Source of the DNA: Candidatus Latescibacterota bacterium
Lineage (GTDB): Bacteria > Latescibacterota > UBA2968 > GCA-2709665
Assembly: GCA_963667175.2 (NCBI GenBank)
Contig: CAXXXF010000004.1
Coordinates: 256,001-320,000 of the forward strand
Length of the DNA stretch: 64,000 nucleotides
Reading direction: 5' to 3'
Numbering within the stretch: position 1 is the first letter of the stretch; every line of letters begins with the position of its first letter. Below the pieces are notes generated by a model. That model saw only the letters and a program-made list of their open reading frames with translations. It made no database searches and was not told where the DNA came from. A program made the translations under genes and the position numbers. Positions 29,441 to 39,631 of the stretch are shown piece by piece.

Positions 29441-30682
29441 TTACGCGCGATTCCGATCGGCTACTTCCCGGACAATCTGCGCGGCGAGTTCGCAGTGTTC
29501 GGGTTCATATCGTTCGCAGAATGACGTCCAGCGTATGAAGGACTCCAGGAATCTCCGGGCATTCGGACAGGTATCCCCGTCATACGAATACTCCCTTGAA
29601 GCCGGGGGCATGGAATAGGGATGCAGCTTCTTTTTTGCCTTTTCTGAGAGGAAGGGCAGGGCCGGGGGCATCAGGTAATAACGTCCCATGCCCGTGCCAG
29701 GAATTCCCCCGTCCGCGACCTGTTGCGCGAATTCATCCGGGGTACAGGCGAAGGCGTCGGGGTCGACGCTGAAGCCGGTCATCCAGCAGGAGTAGACGTC
29801 CATGTAATCCGGAATCGGAAGCGGGGCAATGCCCGGGATATCCTCCAGTTTTTCCGTGAGCAACCGGATCATCCGGTCGCGCTGTTCCACGTTGGGACGG
29901 ATGATCTCGAGCTGCGCCAGGGAAATGGCGGCGGTGCACTGGGGCATGCGGTGGGCGAACCCGGGCACAACGTGCTGCCGCCCGAACCCCTCCAGCACTT
30001 GGCCGCCGCGGCTGTGGCCGATGAATCGCATGCGTTCAGCCAGGTCATCGTCGTCGGTCACGACGCAGCCGCCAACGTCCGAACCCATGGTCTTTTCGGA
30101 ATCGAAAGAAAAAGCGCCCGCATCGGACAGAACTCCCGCCAACCGACCCCTGTATTCCCCGAAAACAGCCTGGCAGACGTCTTCATAGACGACGAGACCG
30201 TGTTTGCCGGCGAGTTCGACAATGGGGTCCATATCGCAGATCGTTCCGGTCATGTGCACAACCAGAATCGCGCGCGTGCGATCCGTGATACAGGGCTCGA
30301 TGGTTTCGGCGCTGCTGACCAGCGTCCCGGCATCGGTGTCCGCGAAGACCGGGATATAGTTCTCCCGGATAAGCCCCTGCACGGTACCGTAGTCCGTGAC
30401 GGAACTGACAACGATCTCGTCCCCCGGATCAAACGCCAATGCGCATGCCAGAACGGCCAGAGCCGGCGTGCAACCCGGCGTGGCGACGCAGTGCTTCACA
30501 CCCATCTCTTCGGCGAATGCGTCTTCGAATCGCCCGATCATGTTGCACGTCAGACCCGATTCGACCACCTCCTGGAGGTAGGTCATTGCGTTGGGTCCGA
30601 TGGTGCGCGGAAAGGGTTGAGGCAGCGTGCCGGCCAACCCCGCGGCGGCATCCGCGCCGTATCGTGCCCGCTCGACGGTCAT
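29441..30682 (-). CDS. DegT/DnrJ/EryC1/StrS PLP-dependent aminotransferase
   Basis: EDVCQA, FSFDSEKTM, GGCVVTDD. Confidence 0.9.
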   Translation of the reverse strand: MTVERARYGADAAAGLAGTLPQPFPRTIGPNAMTYLQEVVESGLTCNMIGRFEDAFAEEMGVKHCVATPGCTPALAVLACALAFDPGDEIVVSSVTDYGTVQGLIRENYIPVFADTDAGTLVSSAETIEPCITDRTRAILVVHMTGTICDMDPIVELAGKHGLVVYEDVCQAVFGEYRGRLAGVLSDAGAFSFDSEKTMGSDVGGCVVTDDDDLAERMRFIGHSRGGQVLEGFGRQHVVPGFAHRMPQCTAAISLAQLEIIRPNVEQRDRMIRLLTEKLEDIPGIAPLPIPDYMDVYSCWMTGFSVDPDAFACTPDEFAQQVADGGIPGTGMGRYYLMPPALPFLSEKAKKKLHPYSMPPASREYSYDGDTCPNARRFLESFIRWTSFCERYEPEHCELAAQIVREVADRNRA

Positions 30683-30713
30683 GGCTCATCCTTTCAGATA
30701 TTGCTTCCGAAGG

Positions 30714-31466
30714 CTATTTCTTTGCCTGATCGGCGTACATTTCTTTAGAATAGACGTGGGGTTGTATCTCGCGGTTCGTGGCGTCGATCATGCCCTGAAG
30801 ATATTCGACGGTTTTCTGAACCGCGGCATCCACCAGAATCCGGCCCAGTTCTTCCGTGGCTTTCATCGGCTGCTGGTCCTCCTGGTCCTGCATGGCATCG
30901 TGCCGGATGTTCTCCGGGCAGATGACCATGGCCATGGCGGTTTCGTATTCGCCCGCATGGCCGGGCACTCGGCTCGTACAGTGCTGCTCGGCAATTTCAC
31001 GACTCAGGTTCCAGTAGGAATGAAACTGTACATTGGCTTCCGGGGCGGTGAGTTGAAAGAACAGTTGCCACTGCCGGAGGATGCCCATCATGGGAGCTTC
31101 GTTGCCCCCGTGTCCATTGAGAATCAGCACGTTATTGACACCGTGGCGAACCAGGCTCTCGACAGCGTCGAAGAGTACTGCCAGCCAGCTGCCGGGTTTG
31201 GCGGTGACGGTTCCCTTATGGATCATGTGATGCTCGGAGATGCCCACCGCCATAGGTACGTTCACGACGACGTTGGGGTAGAGTCTTCCGGCGGCTTCGG
31301 TGGCCACGTAGGTCGCCGCGCGGATATCGTACTCCATGGCCAGGTGCTCGAGGTGCTGTTCATTGCTCCCCGTTGGAATGACGGCGGTTCCGAACTTTCC
31401 GGCGTCCAGGGCTTCCCGGAATTCTCTGCGGGTGAATTTGGCCACCGCGACTTCCTGGTTGGGCAT
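30714..31466 (-). CDS. Creatininase-family amidohydrolase
   Basis: PTGSNEQH, NGHGGN, HAGEYET. Confidence 0.9.
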   Translation of the reverse strand: MPNQEVAVAKFTRREFREALDAGKFGTAVIPTGSNEQHLEHLAMEYDIRAATYVATEAAGRLYPNVVVNVPMAVGISEHHMIHKGTVTAKPGSWLAVLFDAVESLVRHGVNNVLILNGHGGNEAPMMGILRQWQLFFQLTAPEANVQFHSYWNLSREIAEQHCTSRVPGHAGEYETAMAMVICPENIRHDAMQDQEDQQPMKATEELGRILVDAAVQKTVEYLQGMIDATNREIQPHVYSKEMYADQAKK

Positions 31467-31526
31467 ACTGAATCTCCTTCTCGCGTTTTTCATTCAGAAA
31501 ACGGAACGCCCATGGATGGTCCGGAT

Positions 31527-32822
31527 TCAGACCCCCGTCTTGACGCGGGCGAAGTTGACGGTATCGTCCAGTACGATGAGGGCCAGATAGGTCGTGACAT
31601 CCGTTCTGGACGGATCCAAATCCGCGATTCTTCCCCGGAACCAGTCCAGCCGCTTTTCGTTCCAGGGCTCGATCGTACCTGTATTGCGATTGAAATCGCC
31701 GATTTCAGAGCCGGTTTTGCGATAGTGTTCGTCGATCCAGTCGGATATCTCCTCGTCGGTGCGGCCCGCCCTGATGGCATCGGTAAAGTCGCCCATGGTA
31801 ACCCCGATGAATTCCGCGACCATCCTGTCCAGGCCGGACTCTTCCGCGTATTTGTAATCCCCCAGCAACCCGTGGATGGCCGCCCTGCCCTTGTCGATCA
31901 TCCGGGCCAGGCCGAAGAGCCCGCCCACGGCAACGTCGTAAGGGCTTCTCGGAGGGTGGCGCGTCAGATCCACAACGCCGAAAGACACTTCATCATCCAC
32001 GTCGAGCAGGTCGAACCACGTGGTAACGTCCGTCCGTTTCGGCGCGGCGTTCTCGAGCGACGCCTTGAAAATCGCGCATTCCTTGATGGTCTCCGGGCCC
32101 TTTCCGGAAATGCGATGGTTGAATCCGGAAATCTCACCCGAGTGTGCGCTGATATGTTCCCGAACCCAGTCCCCGAGTTCCAGGTCGTTCGGATTGAGGT
32201 ACGCGGCTTCCTTGAAATCCTCCGCCGAAAATCCGAGAAAGTCCGTAATCGCCTGGTCGATGGGGCAGTTGTAGACGTACTCGCCCAGCCGACCGCCCTT
32301 GTCCGCGCGGGCCTTGTCCGCCATCCGGGCAAGGCCGAAGACGCCCGCGACGTCCCGCACGTAGGGTGACCTCGGCGCCCTTTTCCCGAGGTCGACCTCC
32401 CGGAAGTTTGCCCAGTCGTCCAGCTCGATGGACTGGAATACGGTCACGATATCCGTACGTCCGGGCGCGAACTGTTCGATCCGGTCTCTGAGGCGCTGTC
32501 TGCCGGCATCGTCGTCGGGTTCGCGCTGGAGGTGATGCCGATTGAATGCATCGATTTCATCGTCCGTACGATCCGAAGCTTCCCGTATCCATTGACCCAG
32601 ATCCGAATCGCCATATCGTCCCGCGGCATCGGCAAAGCCGTCGTGCGAGACGCCCAGAAAATCCAGCAGGATCTTGTCCAGGCCCGAATCGTCGCCGTAC
32701 AGAAATTCACCCAGCGTCCGCCGGTTGTACGCGCGTGCCTTGTCCGCCATTCGCGCGAGGTTGACGACACCGGCGGTGGAGGCGTTTGACGGGCGGCGCG
32801 GGGGCTGGCGTCTCAGATCCAC
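31527..32822 (-). CDS. Protein with three tandem DUF5069-like domains
   Basis: Repeated DL...PR.P...G...LARM.DK.RA...LG.Y...D units, three times. Confidence 0.8.
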   Translation of the reverse strand: MDLRRQPPRRPSNASTAGVVNLARMADKARAYNRRTLGEFLYGDDSGLDKILLDFLGVSHDGFADAAGRYGDSDLGQWIREASDRTDDEIDAFNRHHLQREPDDDAGRQRLRDRIEQFAPGRTDIVTVFQSIELDDWANFREVDLGKRAPRSPYVRDVAGVFGLARMADKARADKGGRLGEYVYNCPIDQAITDFLGFSAEDFKEAAYLNPNDLELGDWVREHISAHSGEISGFNHRISGKGPETIKECAIFKASLENAAPKRTDVTTWFDLLDVDDEVSFGVVDLTRHPPRSPYDVAVGGLFGLARMIDKGRAAIHGLLGDYKYAEESGLDRMVAEFIGVTMGDFTDAIRAGRTDEEISDWIDEHYRKTGSEIGDFNRNTGTIEPWNEKRLDWFRGRIADLDPSRTDVTTYLALIVLDDTVNFARVKTGV

Positions 32823-32876
32823 AGGCGGTTCCTTTCAAGGCAAATAGGCTGTTTCAAAAAACCTGGCGACACCTCG

Positions 32877-33131
32877 TTACACAGTGTGCGCAATGGCTTC
32901 TGCTTCGATCTCGGCACGTTCTACAAGGTAACCTGCCGATTTTACATCCTCTATCGCCGACAGAATGGCTGCTTCCAGTGAATCACCTTCACGGCAGAAA
33001 TCAACTGAAAATACGCCGTTGCACATTCCGGGCGATCCATCGTCACATCCAGCCTCGAACAATTCGTCCGCGATCTCTACAGTCAATTCGAGCTGACCCT
33101 CTAGTATCAATGCAAACTCGTACTTTGCCAT
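32877..33131 (-). CDS. Small acidic protein, putative antitoxin
   Basis: YEFALIL...LFEAGCDD...DFCRE..SLEAAILSAIEDV; downstream of a basic HicA-like gene. Confidence 0.7.
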   Translation of the reverse strand: MAKYEFALILEGQLELTVEIADELFEAGCDDGSPGMCNGVFSVDFCREGDSLEAAILSAIEDVKSAGYLVERAEIEAEAIAHTV

Positions 33132-33157
33132 CGTACTAACCCTTCCTGACATACTCT

Positions 33158-33406
33158 CTAAATCACGTGGTGCGGGCACCTCTCTACGGACCGTCGGATT
33201 GCTCTGGCATGGTGTTCAGGATTCCTTGGCGTTGAGTATACGGCCTTCACACAACCGGTCCGTTCCCGCAGCGGACAAAACAACCGACCCCATGTGTGGG
33301 CGCGTGGGCCAGCTTTTCGAAAGGTCCACCCATGATACACGGCGTACGTAATTGCGTTACGAATATGCCTATTTGGGTGATCAGACAATAGTACGCAAAC
33401 CCCCAT
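33158..33406 (-). CDS. Small basic HicA-like putative toxin (start uncertain)
   Basis: HPNRHI..AI.YA..HGW, HTWGRLFCP, STPRNP; lower GC than the flanks. Confidence 0.65.
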   Translation of the reverse strand: MGVCVLLSDHPNRHIRNAITYAVYHGWTFRKAGPRAHTWGRLFCPLRERTGCVKAVYSTPRNPEHHARAIRRSVERCPHHVI

Positions 33407-33523
33407 GCAGTGTCAAGGAATGCGGGAAGTCTCAATTGCAGCAGCAGGTTCGTTTCGCCAGGCGTCTCGGCTGAAGCCAATCGCCAGGTCGCCGCAGATA
33501 CACTTCGTGAGGCCAGTGTCCTG

Positions 33524-34366
33524 TTACGAAGTGATTGCGACCTCAACCCCTTGCCTTGGACTCAGAAGCGGACCCCGTACCCCGCGTTCGATCCTGGCGA
33601 AGGCGTCGTGGTTGTGTATGCTCTCGTTATTTCGGCTGGCAATGTCGAACCAGAGGATCCTGTCGGCATCCAGAAGACCAAAAAGGTCCATCCCGATATC
33701 CCTGACCATATCTTCGACAAATCGCGGATTGTCATACGCCCGTTCGGTCACCGCTTTTTCGTCCGGCCGCTTCAGGACGGGATAGAGTCGGCTCGAAGCG
33801 TTCGTTTCCGCGATATCGATCAGATCTTCGAACCAGATAAACTCGTCGCGAGCCGGACGAACGTCGATGGCGATTTCGGAGCGCTGGTTGTGGGCGCCGT
33901 AGTCGCTGATCTCCTTACTGCATGGACAAAGCGTCGTAACGTTCACCTTTACGCCTACAATCTTGTCGAAGGCGCCGGTTCCGGACATCATGCCTCGGAA
34001 AGTACAGTCGTAGTCCATCAAGCCCTGTTCATCGGTCACCGGCGCCCGCCGGGTAACGAAGATAGGAAATTCCATCTCGATAAAGGCTTCTGCAGCATCG
34101 AGCAGATCAAGAAGCTCCTCCAGCACCAGATGCACGGTGTCGGGTCTGAACTGATGGTTTCGCTCGTTCAGGGCGATCATAAACCTGGACATATGAGTGC
34201 CCTTCAGATAGTGCGGCAGACTCACGGTCATTGAAAGATTCGCGACTGTATTGAATTCACCGCCGGCGCGAAGGGGCAGGGTCAGCGGATAGCGCACGTT
34301 CGAGACACCCACCTGGTCGATGTCGATTCCGCGACGATCCTCGCGGTTCTGCAGATCGGGTAACAT
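33524..34366 (-). CDS. folE2: GTP cyclohydrolase I, FolE2 type
   Basis: PDLQ, KGTHMSRF, TLCPCSKEISDYGAHNQRS, KRPDEK, ESIHNHDA. Confidence 0.96.
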   Translation of the reverse strand: MLPDLQNREDRRGIDIDQVGVSNVRYPLTLPLRAGGEFNTVANLSMTVSLPHYLKGTHMSRFMIALNERNHQFRPDTVHLVLEELLDLLDAAEAFIEMEFPIFVTRRAPVTDEQGLMDYDCTFRGMMSGTGAFDKIVGVKVNVTTLCPCSKEISDYGAHNQRSEIAIDVRPARDEFIWFEDLIDIAETNASSRLYPVLKRPDEKAVTERAYDNPRFVEDMVRDIGMDLFGLLDADRILWFDIASRNNESIHNHDAFARIERGVRGPLLSPRQGVEVAITS

Positions 34367-34418
34367 GGTATCCTCTTCGTTATGTAGTCGCGTTTTCCTT
34401 GATGATGCCGTTTCCCGG

Positions 34419-35045
34419 CTACGTGTTCATCCGTGTAAGTGTATCGCGGTCGTTGAGATAGGGGACGGACCCGTCCAGAAAGGCCTGGAGAAGGTCGTGA
34501 GGCCTCATGTCGGACGTATCGATTTCGAATTTGCGCATGATCCAGCAGGCGGCGTACTCCGACTGGAATTCGTCCAGGATCTCCCGGACGTCCTCTCTGG
34601 GTACTATGTGATAGGTATGGCGGTCTTCCTCCATACGTCTTTCGATGACGTCGGCGCGGGCTTTAAGGTGGACCAGAATGGTGTCCTTCGGCATTTCGGC
34701 CTCCCAGGCCCTGGGCGTTTCCGAGAGCCGGCCGACAGCGGGGTAATAGTACCGTGGGCCGTAGATGTACTCCTCGATGTGAAACCCGCCCAGCAGAATG
34801 TGTTCGTACTTGTTGATCAGCCGGACGTGGTAGGCAAGCTGGAAGCGCTGGTAGCGTTCCTTGATGGCTTCGGGCAGACCCAGCATGATCCGCTGGTCGC
34901 CTTCGGTCTTGAGCATCTGGCAGTCTGGAATGCTGAAGTGATCGTCCAGGTGATGGACGATGCCCCGGTCGCGCCCCCATTGCATGAGAGCGTCGAAAAG
35001 GGTTGTCTTTCCGGTGTATTCACAGCCGATGGCGATGATGCGCAT
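34419..35045 (-). CDS. P-loop nucleotide kinase-like protein
   Basis: N-terminal Walker A GCEYTGKTT. Confidence 0.65.
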   Translation of the reverse strand: MRIIAIGCEYTGKTTLFDALMQWGRDRGIVHHLDDHFSIPDCQMLKTEGDQRIMLGLPEAIKERYQRFQLAYHVRLINKYEHILLGGFHIEEYIYGPRYYYPAVGRLSETPRAWEAEMPKDTILVHLKARADVIERRMEEDRHTYHIVPREDVREILDEFQSEYAACWIMRKFEIDTSDMRPHDLLQAFLDGSVPYLNDRDTLTRMNT

Positions 35046-35133
35046 AGTGAGGTCTCCTCAATGGCATGAAGGTTGGCGGTCGAATATGCATTAGATCAGG
35101 ATCTGTACGAAATAACGCGACGACCGGTCCGAA

Positions 35134-35883
35134 TCAGGCCCTCACCGCGTCTATGAAGGCTTTGACGCGGTTGGCATCCGTGAGCGAATGCGAGAATTCA
35201 GGAGGGCGCAACTCGCCGCCCATAAAGGCGTTGGGGTTGCGGTACGTCATCCGGCTGGAGACGCTGCTCCCGGCGGCAACGTGGATTTCACGGGCGCCTG
35301 CGCCTGCCGCCACCCTGGCGACGTTGCGTTCCGTAATTCCGCCCCCCGGCATAACCACGATCCGGTCGGCGGCCTTTTCGATCAGCTCGACGATAAGATC
35401 GATGCCTTCCAGCGCCGAAATCTCCTGGCCCGACGTAAGCGCCCTGTCCACGCCGAGCGAAATCAGGTCGTCCAGCGCCTGGTATGGGTCGGCGGTCATG
35501 TCGAACGCTCGGTGGAACGTCACCGGAAGCGGGCGGATGCGCTCGATGAGGACGCCGGTGCGCTCCACGTCCACCGATCCGTCCGGATTCAAAAGGCCGA
35601 TCACGATCCCGTCCGCGCCCGACTCCGCGGCCAGTTCGACGTCCCGCGCCATGGTTTCGAACTCGACGTCGGAATAGCAGAAGTCGCCTCCACGGGGGCG
35701 CACCATTACGTTGAGTCCGATATCGATGTGCTTCCGGGCGACCTGAACGGCGCCCGCGCTGGGCGTGGTGCCGCCTTCGATCAAATTGTCGCACAATTCC
35801 ACGCGATGTGCGCCGCCTTCCTGCGCCGCGATGGCGCCTTGCGGGGAACCGACGCAGATTTCAAAGAGAACTGACGGGTTCAA
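35134..35883 (-). CDS. cutC: Copper homeostasis protein CutC
   Basis: RVELC, GGTTPS, RPRGGDFCY, TFHRAFD, LTSG. Confidence 0.95.
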   Translation of the reverse strand: MNPSVLFEICVGSPQGAIAAQEGGAHRVELCDNLIEGGTTPSAGAVQVARKHIDIGLNVMVRPRGGDFCYSDVEFETMARDVELAAESGADGIVIGLLNPDGSVDVERTGVLIERIRPLPVTFHRAFDMTADPYQALDDLISLGVDRALTSGQEISALEGIDLIVELIEKAADRIVVMPGGGITERNVARVAAGAGAREIHVAAGSSVSSRMTYRNPNAFMGGELRPPEFSHSLTDANRVKAFIDAVRA

Positions 35884-35954
35884 TTTCCACCTCCCGGCGT
35901 GACGTCTTGAGTCGGTCGCAATCCGGACAGAAGGCCCAGGCCCGTCGCCGGCGG

Positions 35955-38900
35955 TTATGCGATATACCCGAATTCCATATCGTCCACCCGCAGGACCTGA
36001 TCCGGTTCTCCTCCTCTATCGAACGCAATAGACACGGTTGTATAGCCCGGTTGGATGTCCAGTTCCGCCCGGTACTCCGTCCACGCCTCGCAGGGGCGGA
36101 CCGGAACCACGAGATGCGTTCCCTGCTGACCCGACACGGAAACCTGCGCGTGGGTGGCGAAACCCCGGGCCTTGAACCGCAGGTGATAGCGACCGGGCGA
36201 CCGCAGACGCATGGGGCGGCTCTTGAGCGAAATGGGGTCGCGGGGTCTCGTGAACTTCAGGCAGGCGCTCCCCTCCGCTGCATCCTCGGTACTCCACGCC
36301 GGCCAGCCGGGATCGTGCGTGCGGGGATGCTGCACGTTCCAGTAACGGGGCGGGTAATCCACGATGCCGGCTTCGAAGCCGCCGTTGCAGAGCAGGTTGA
36401 CGAGTTTACCCTTGTGGCTCTCAACGAGAGATGCCCGGAGATTCGGTCGACAATCGGGCGGGTAGCGGACGAATATTTCCGTTCCCTCTCTCAGGCAGGC
36501 CGTGACACGGCCATTCCCTCGCGCGCTCAAGTCCGGGTCCCACCGGTCCTGGACGAGCACCTCTGTGTCTTCCGCGACGAGTTCATAGACACCCGGCTCC
36601 CGCGGACTGATCTCGGCAAAGGCGATGATGTCGCCGTTGTCCGCGACAGCGGCCTCCAGACTCAGCGACACTTCGCCGGCGCCGTCGTTCAGCATCATCA
36701 GGAGCGAACGCGGGGAGGCCGCGAGATCCGTGACCGGGTCAATCCACAGAACGGATTCGCCCGCGTTGTTCAATTCGACTTCGACCTTACCTTCGCGCCA
36801 TCTGAAGTCAACCGGTTTCGCGCTTCCCGGCCGATCCGGCGTCGACGCGACCACGGCGCGTGGTGCATCGGGGAGGTGGATGGCGAGGCGCACGGCTTCC
36901 CGGTGCCTGACCTGGACCTGCGCACGGGCGCTTCGCAGGTCGTAACTCGCGGCGGCATCGCAAGCCGCATCGGCCACCAGGAGGTCTTTGCCTTCCAGGG
37001 TGAGCCGTTTTCCGCCATGAAGCAGCCATCGTTGAAGCCGATTCCTGCGACGGCGGACGTTGACGATCCGGGCGTCCGACCGAATACCCGCGCCTTCAAT
37101 CGCGCCGCGTCTTCCGTCACGGTACAGGACGCATTCGGACGCGTTACCGGATCGAAAGCCGACACCTTCTCCGCCGGCTGCTTCCACGGGTCGGACGTCG
37201 TCAACTCCCGGTCCTCCCGTTTTGGTGTACGTATGCAGGACCGAGATGATCTGCGCGGTCGGACTCCTCTCAGTGGTCACCCGGATGTTCCATTGCTGGG
37301 GAAAGGCTTCGGTGAAACGGCACCAGTCCCGGGTTTTCAATGGAAACGGACGGTCGTTGTCCTGCGTGTACCTCAGGGGGCCGCCCGCCAGGTGACGGAC
37401 CAGGAGGCGCTGGTCCCGCTGCCGGACGGTCATGCTTCGGCCGCTCTCGTCTATTTCCGCCCGTTCGAAGGTGTTGAGCGTCCAGGCGTATTCGCGGGGT
37501 TCGGAAGCCTCGAGATCGTCACAGACGACAAAGACGTCGGGTCGGATGAAGAGGACCTGGCGCCGGAACTTTTGCAGCAGTTCCCCATACGCGCCAGAAG
37601 CGTCTCCCGTGAAGACACAGGCATCGTGCGTGTTGAAAAAGGCCGTTATCTTTCCCTTGTGGGCAATGCCCCGGCGCTGACTCTCGCCATCGACGAGGAT
37701 GGAATTGTGCGCCTGTGTGGTCCGGCTCCACCGGGAATGGTAGGTATCCCCGGAATAGGTGTAATAGCCCGCATCGCAGCAGAGGATCTCGCCCCCGGCG
37801 TGGAGGACGAAGCCGTTCTGGTCCTGGTGGGCGTGGCTGTGATCCCCCCATGGACTGCTTCTGAAGAAGATGCGGCTGCTTCCGTGGTCGTAGAACCGGT
37901 CGAACGCGGCGAGTTGCCCGACGTCGGGAAACAGGCGGGCCTGCGCGATATCCACGGGTGGGCGGGACGGAACGCCGCTGTCGGAGAGATACTGGAGCGG
38001 GAGATGGACCGGGTTGCAGACCCGGGAATCGCTCCACCACTTGACCGCGGGATCTCCGGTCATCGCGGACAGAAAGGCGGAGACGTACGTATCGGCGTCG
38101 CTGCCGAAATTGGGGTCGATCAGGGAATAGCAGTCTCCCCAGTGGTTCCACCAGTAATTGAGGGACATGCAGTACAACCAGAATGCGCCGGAATTCCGCC
38201 ATCGGGGTTCGCGGAAGACGTCCAGACCCGTTGAGGACCTGAGGGCGGCGAGGGCTTCCAGGATGAATTGAATCTTATGGCCGTATTTCTGCCCTTCGGT
38301 ATACCCGCCGTCCACGCTTCCCCACGCAATCCGGTTGACGTACTGGCGTATGAGATAGTCGGCCCATTCCCGGGTTCTGTCGGATTCGGTCGCAGTGGCC
38401 AGGACCGTGGGCAGCAGCGCATGCATGCACTGCTGACCGTGAGAATTCTGATAATTCAGGTGGATCTGAAGCCCGTCTCTGAGCCACGCGTAAGCGGCTT
38501 CGCAGTGGAACTCGATGTGCGCCAGAACAAGCGCGCGTTCCTCCGGTTCAAGCAGAGCGTACAGCCGATCGTAAGCCAGCGCCGTCCCCTTCAGGCCGAA
38601 CTCGTAGCAGTAAACGACCGTGTCGTGCTGCCCGCGGTCCTCAAGGTGGATGTCAACGCGGAAATGCGAAAGAAAAGCCAACCAGCGTCTCGCTGCCGCG
38701 GCGTACTTTTCGTCGCCGGAGACCAGGTACGCAAAGGAAAGTGCATTGGCGTAATCCGCGCCTCTCTTGAGTCCGGCAATCTGGCAGTTTGCCGGAAACG
38801 TGACACGGTCGTCCTTCAAATGAAAGACCTGTCCGCGACGTTCGCCGAGGTCCGGCGGCACGGATTGAAGGTTCAGTCGCGGCGGTTCGCTCTGAATCAG

Positions 38901-39377
38901 GGCGTCGGCCCGGTGTTTGAGGTGGCGCCAGGCCTCACGCGCCGGTCCATGCCTTCGTGCGCGGAACTCGTCAAGGGTGTCCGGGGTCACAAAGATGCGG
39001 GGGTGGTCCGGCATCTCGTCGAGGATGCGCTCCGTCGGGGGTACGGGAAGCGAGACGGATTCGGACGTGATGTGAAAGCTCCGGACAGGACCGGGTCGGG
39101 ATTGCTCACCCTCGGGCGTAATCGCGAAGTAACGCCAGTACCATGTACCGCTGTCGAGTTCGATTGACGGGTTATGGAACGGCATGTCGATGCCCGCGCT
39201 GCGGATGACCTCACCCCGGAAGCCGGAATTCCTGCAGATCTCCACGACGTACGTGGCGGCCCTGTCGTCCGCGCGCCAGATCAGGGCCGGGGGATTCTGG
39301 ATCGCGGCGGAACCGTCGGCCGGTGTGATCGGGGGATGGCGGTCCGGCGGCGGCGAGGTATCGACTGCAAAACCCAT
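35955..39377 (-). CDS. DUF4962 + heparinase II/III lyase-like protein with C-terminal carbohydrate-binding module
   Basis: QNPP, HPRIF, SHAHQDQNGF, HNSILVDG, NLLCNGGFE. Confidence 0.82.
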   Translation of the reverse strand: MGFAVDTSPPPDRHPPITPADGSAAIQNPPALIWRADDRAATYVVEICRNSGFRGEVIRSAGIDMPFHNPSIELDSGTWYWRYFAITPEGEQSRPGPVRSFHITSESVSLPVPPTERILDEMPDHPRIFVTPDTLDEFRARRHGPAREAWRHLKHRADALIQSEPPRLNLQSVPPDLGERRGQVFHLKDDRVTFPANCQIAGLKRGADYANALSFAYLVSGDEKYAAAARRWLAFLSHFRVDIHLEDRGQHDTVVYCYEFGLKGTALAYDRLYALLEPEERALVLAHIEFHCEAAYAWLRDGLQIHLNYQNSHGQQCMHALLPTVLATATESDRTREWADYLIRQYVNRIAWGSVDGGYTEGQKYGHKIQFILEALAALRSSTGLDVFREPRWRNSGAFWLYCMSLNYWWNHWGDCYSLIDPNFGSDADTYVSAFLSAMTGDPAVKWWSDSRVCNPVHLPLQYLSDSGVPSRPPVDIAQARLFPDVGQLAAFDRFYDHGSSRIFFRSSPWGDHSHAHQDQNGFVLHAGGEILCCDAGYYTYSGDTYHSRWSRTTQAHNSILVDGESQRRGIAHKGKITAFFNTHDACVFTGDASGAYGELLQKFRRQVLFIRPDVFVVCDDLEASEPREYAWTLNTFERAEIDESGRSMTVRQRDQRLLVRHLAGGPLRYTQDNDRPFPLKTRDWCRFTEAFPQQWNIRVTTERSPTAQIISVLHTYTKTGGPGVDDVRPVEAAGGEGVGFRSGNASECVLYRDGRRGAIEGAGIRSDARIVNVRRRRNRLQRWLLHGGKRLTLEGKDLLVADAACDAAASYDLRSARAQVQVRHREAVRLAIHLPDAPRAVVASTPDRPGSAKPVDFRWREGKVEVELNNAGESVLWIDPVTDLAASPRSLLMMLNDGAGEVSLSLEAAVADNGDIIAFAEISPREPGVYELVAEDTEVLVQDRWDPDLSARGNGRVTACLREGTEIFVRYPPDCRPNLRASLVESHKGKLVNLLCNGGFEAGIVDYPPRYWNVQHPRTHDPGWPAWSTEDAAEGSACLKFTRPRDPISLKSRPMRLRSPGRYHLRFKARGFATHAQVSVSGQQGTHLVVPVRPCEAWTEYRAELDIQPGYTTVSIAFDRGGEPDQVLRVDDMEFGYIA

Positions 39378-39631
39378 ACGCGGGGTTCCTTCCTGGTAAA
39401 TTGACGATGTTCGCCGCACAATATACCAAGCCGTCCGGTCTACGGGCAAGCACCTTGACATGCCGTTCGGGTCGGGCTATCTTTGTACTGGAGGCGCAAT
39501 CGAGAAGTGCGTTTCTCACGCCGGGTGTGTCCCGACCGCGCGAGGGAACGCCTCGTTTCGCTGCCTGTCCGCTTCCGTACGTGAGGACGGTTTCCCCGGA
39601 TCTGCTTCTTTGTTGACCGAAGGAGACGCTT

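Noticed and set aside
30627-32369. 580-aa plus-strand ORF
   Set aside because: Antisense to the creatininase and DUF5069 genes; no recognisable domain.
35808-38234. 808-aa plus-strand ORF
   Set aside because: Antisense shadow of the DUF4962/heparinase gene.
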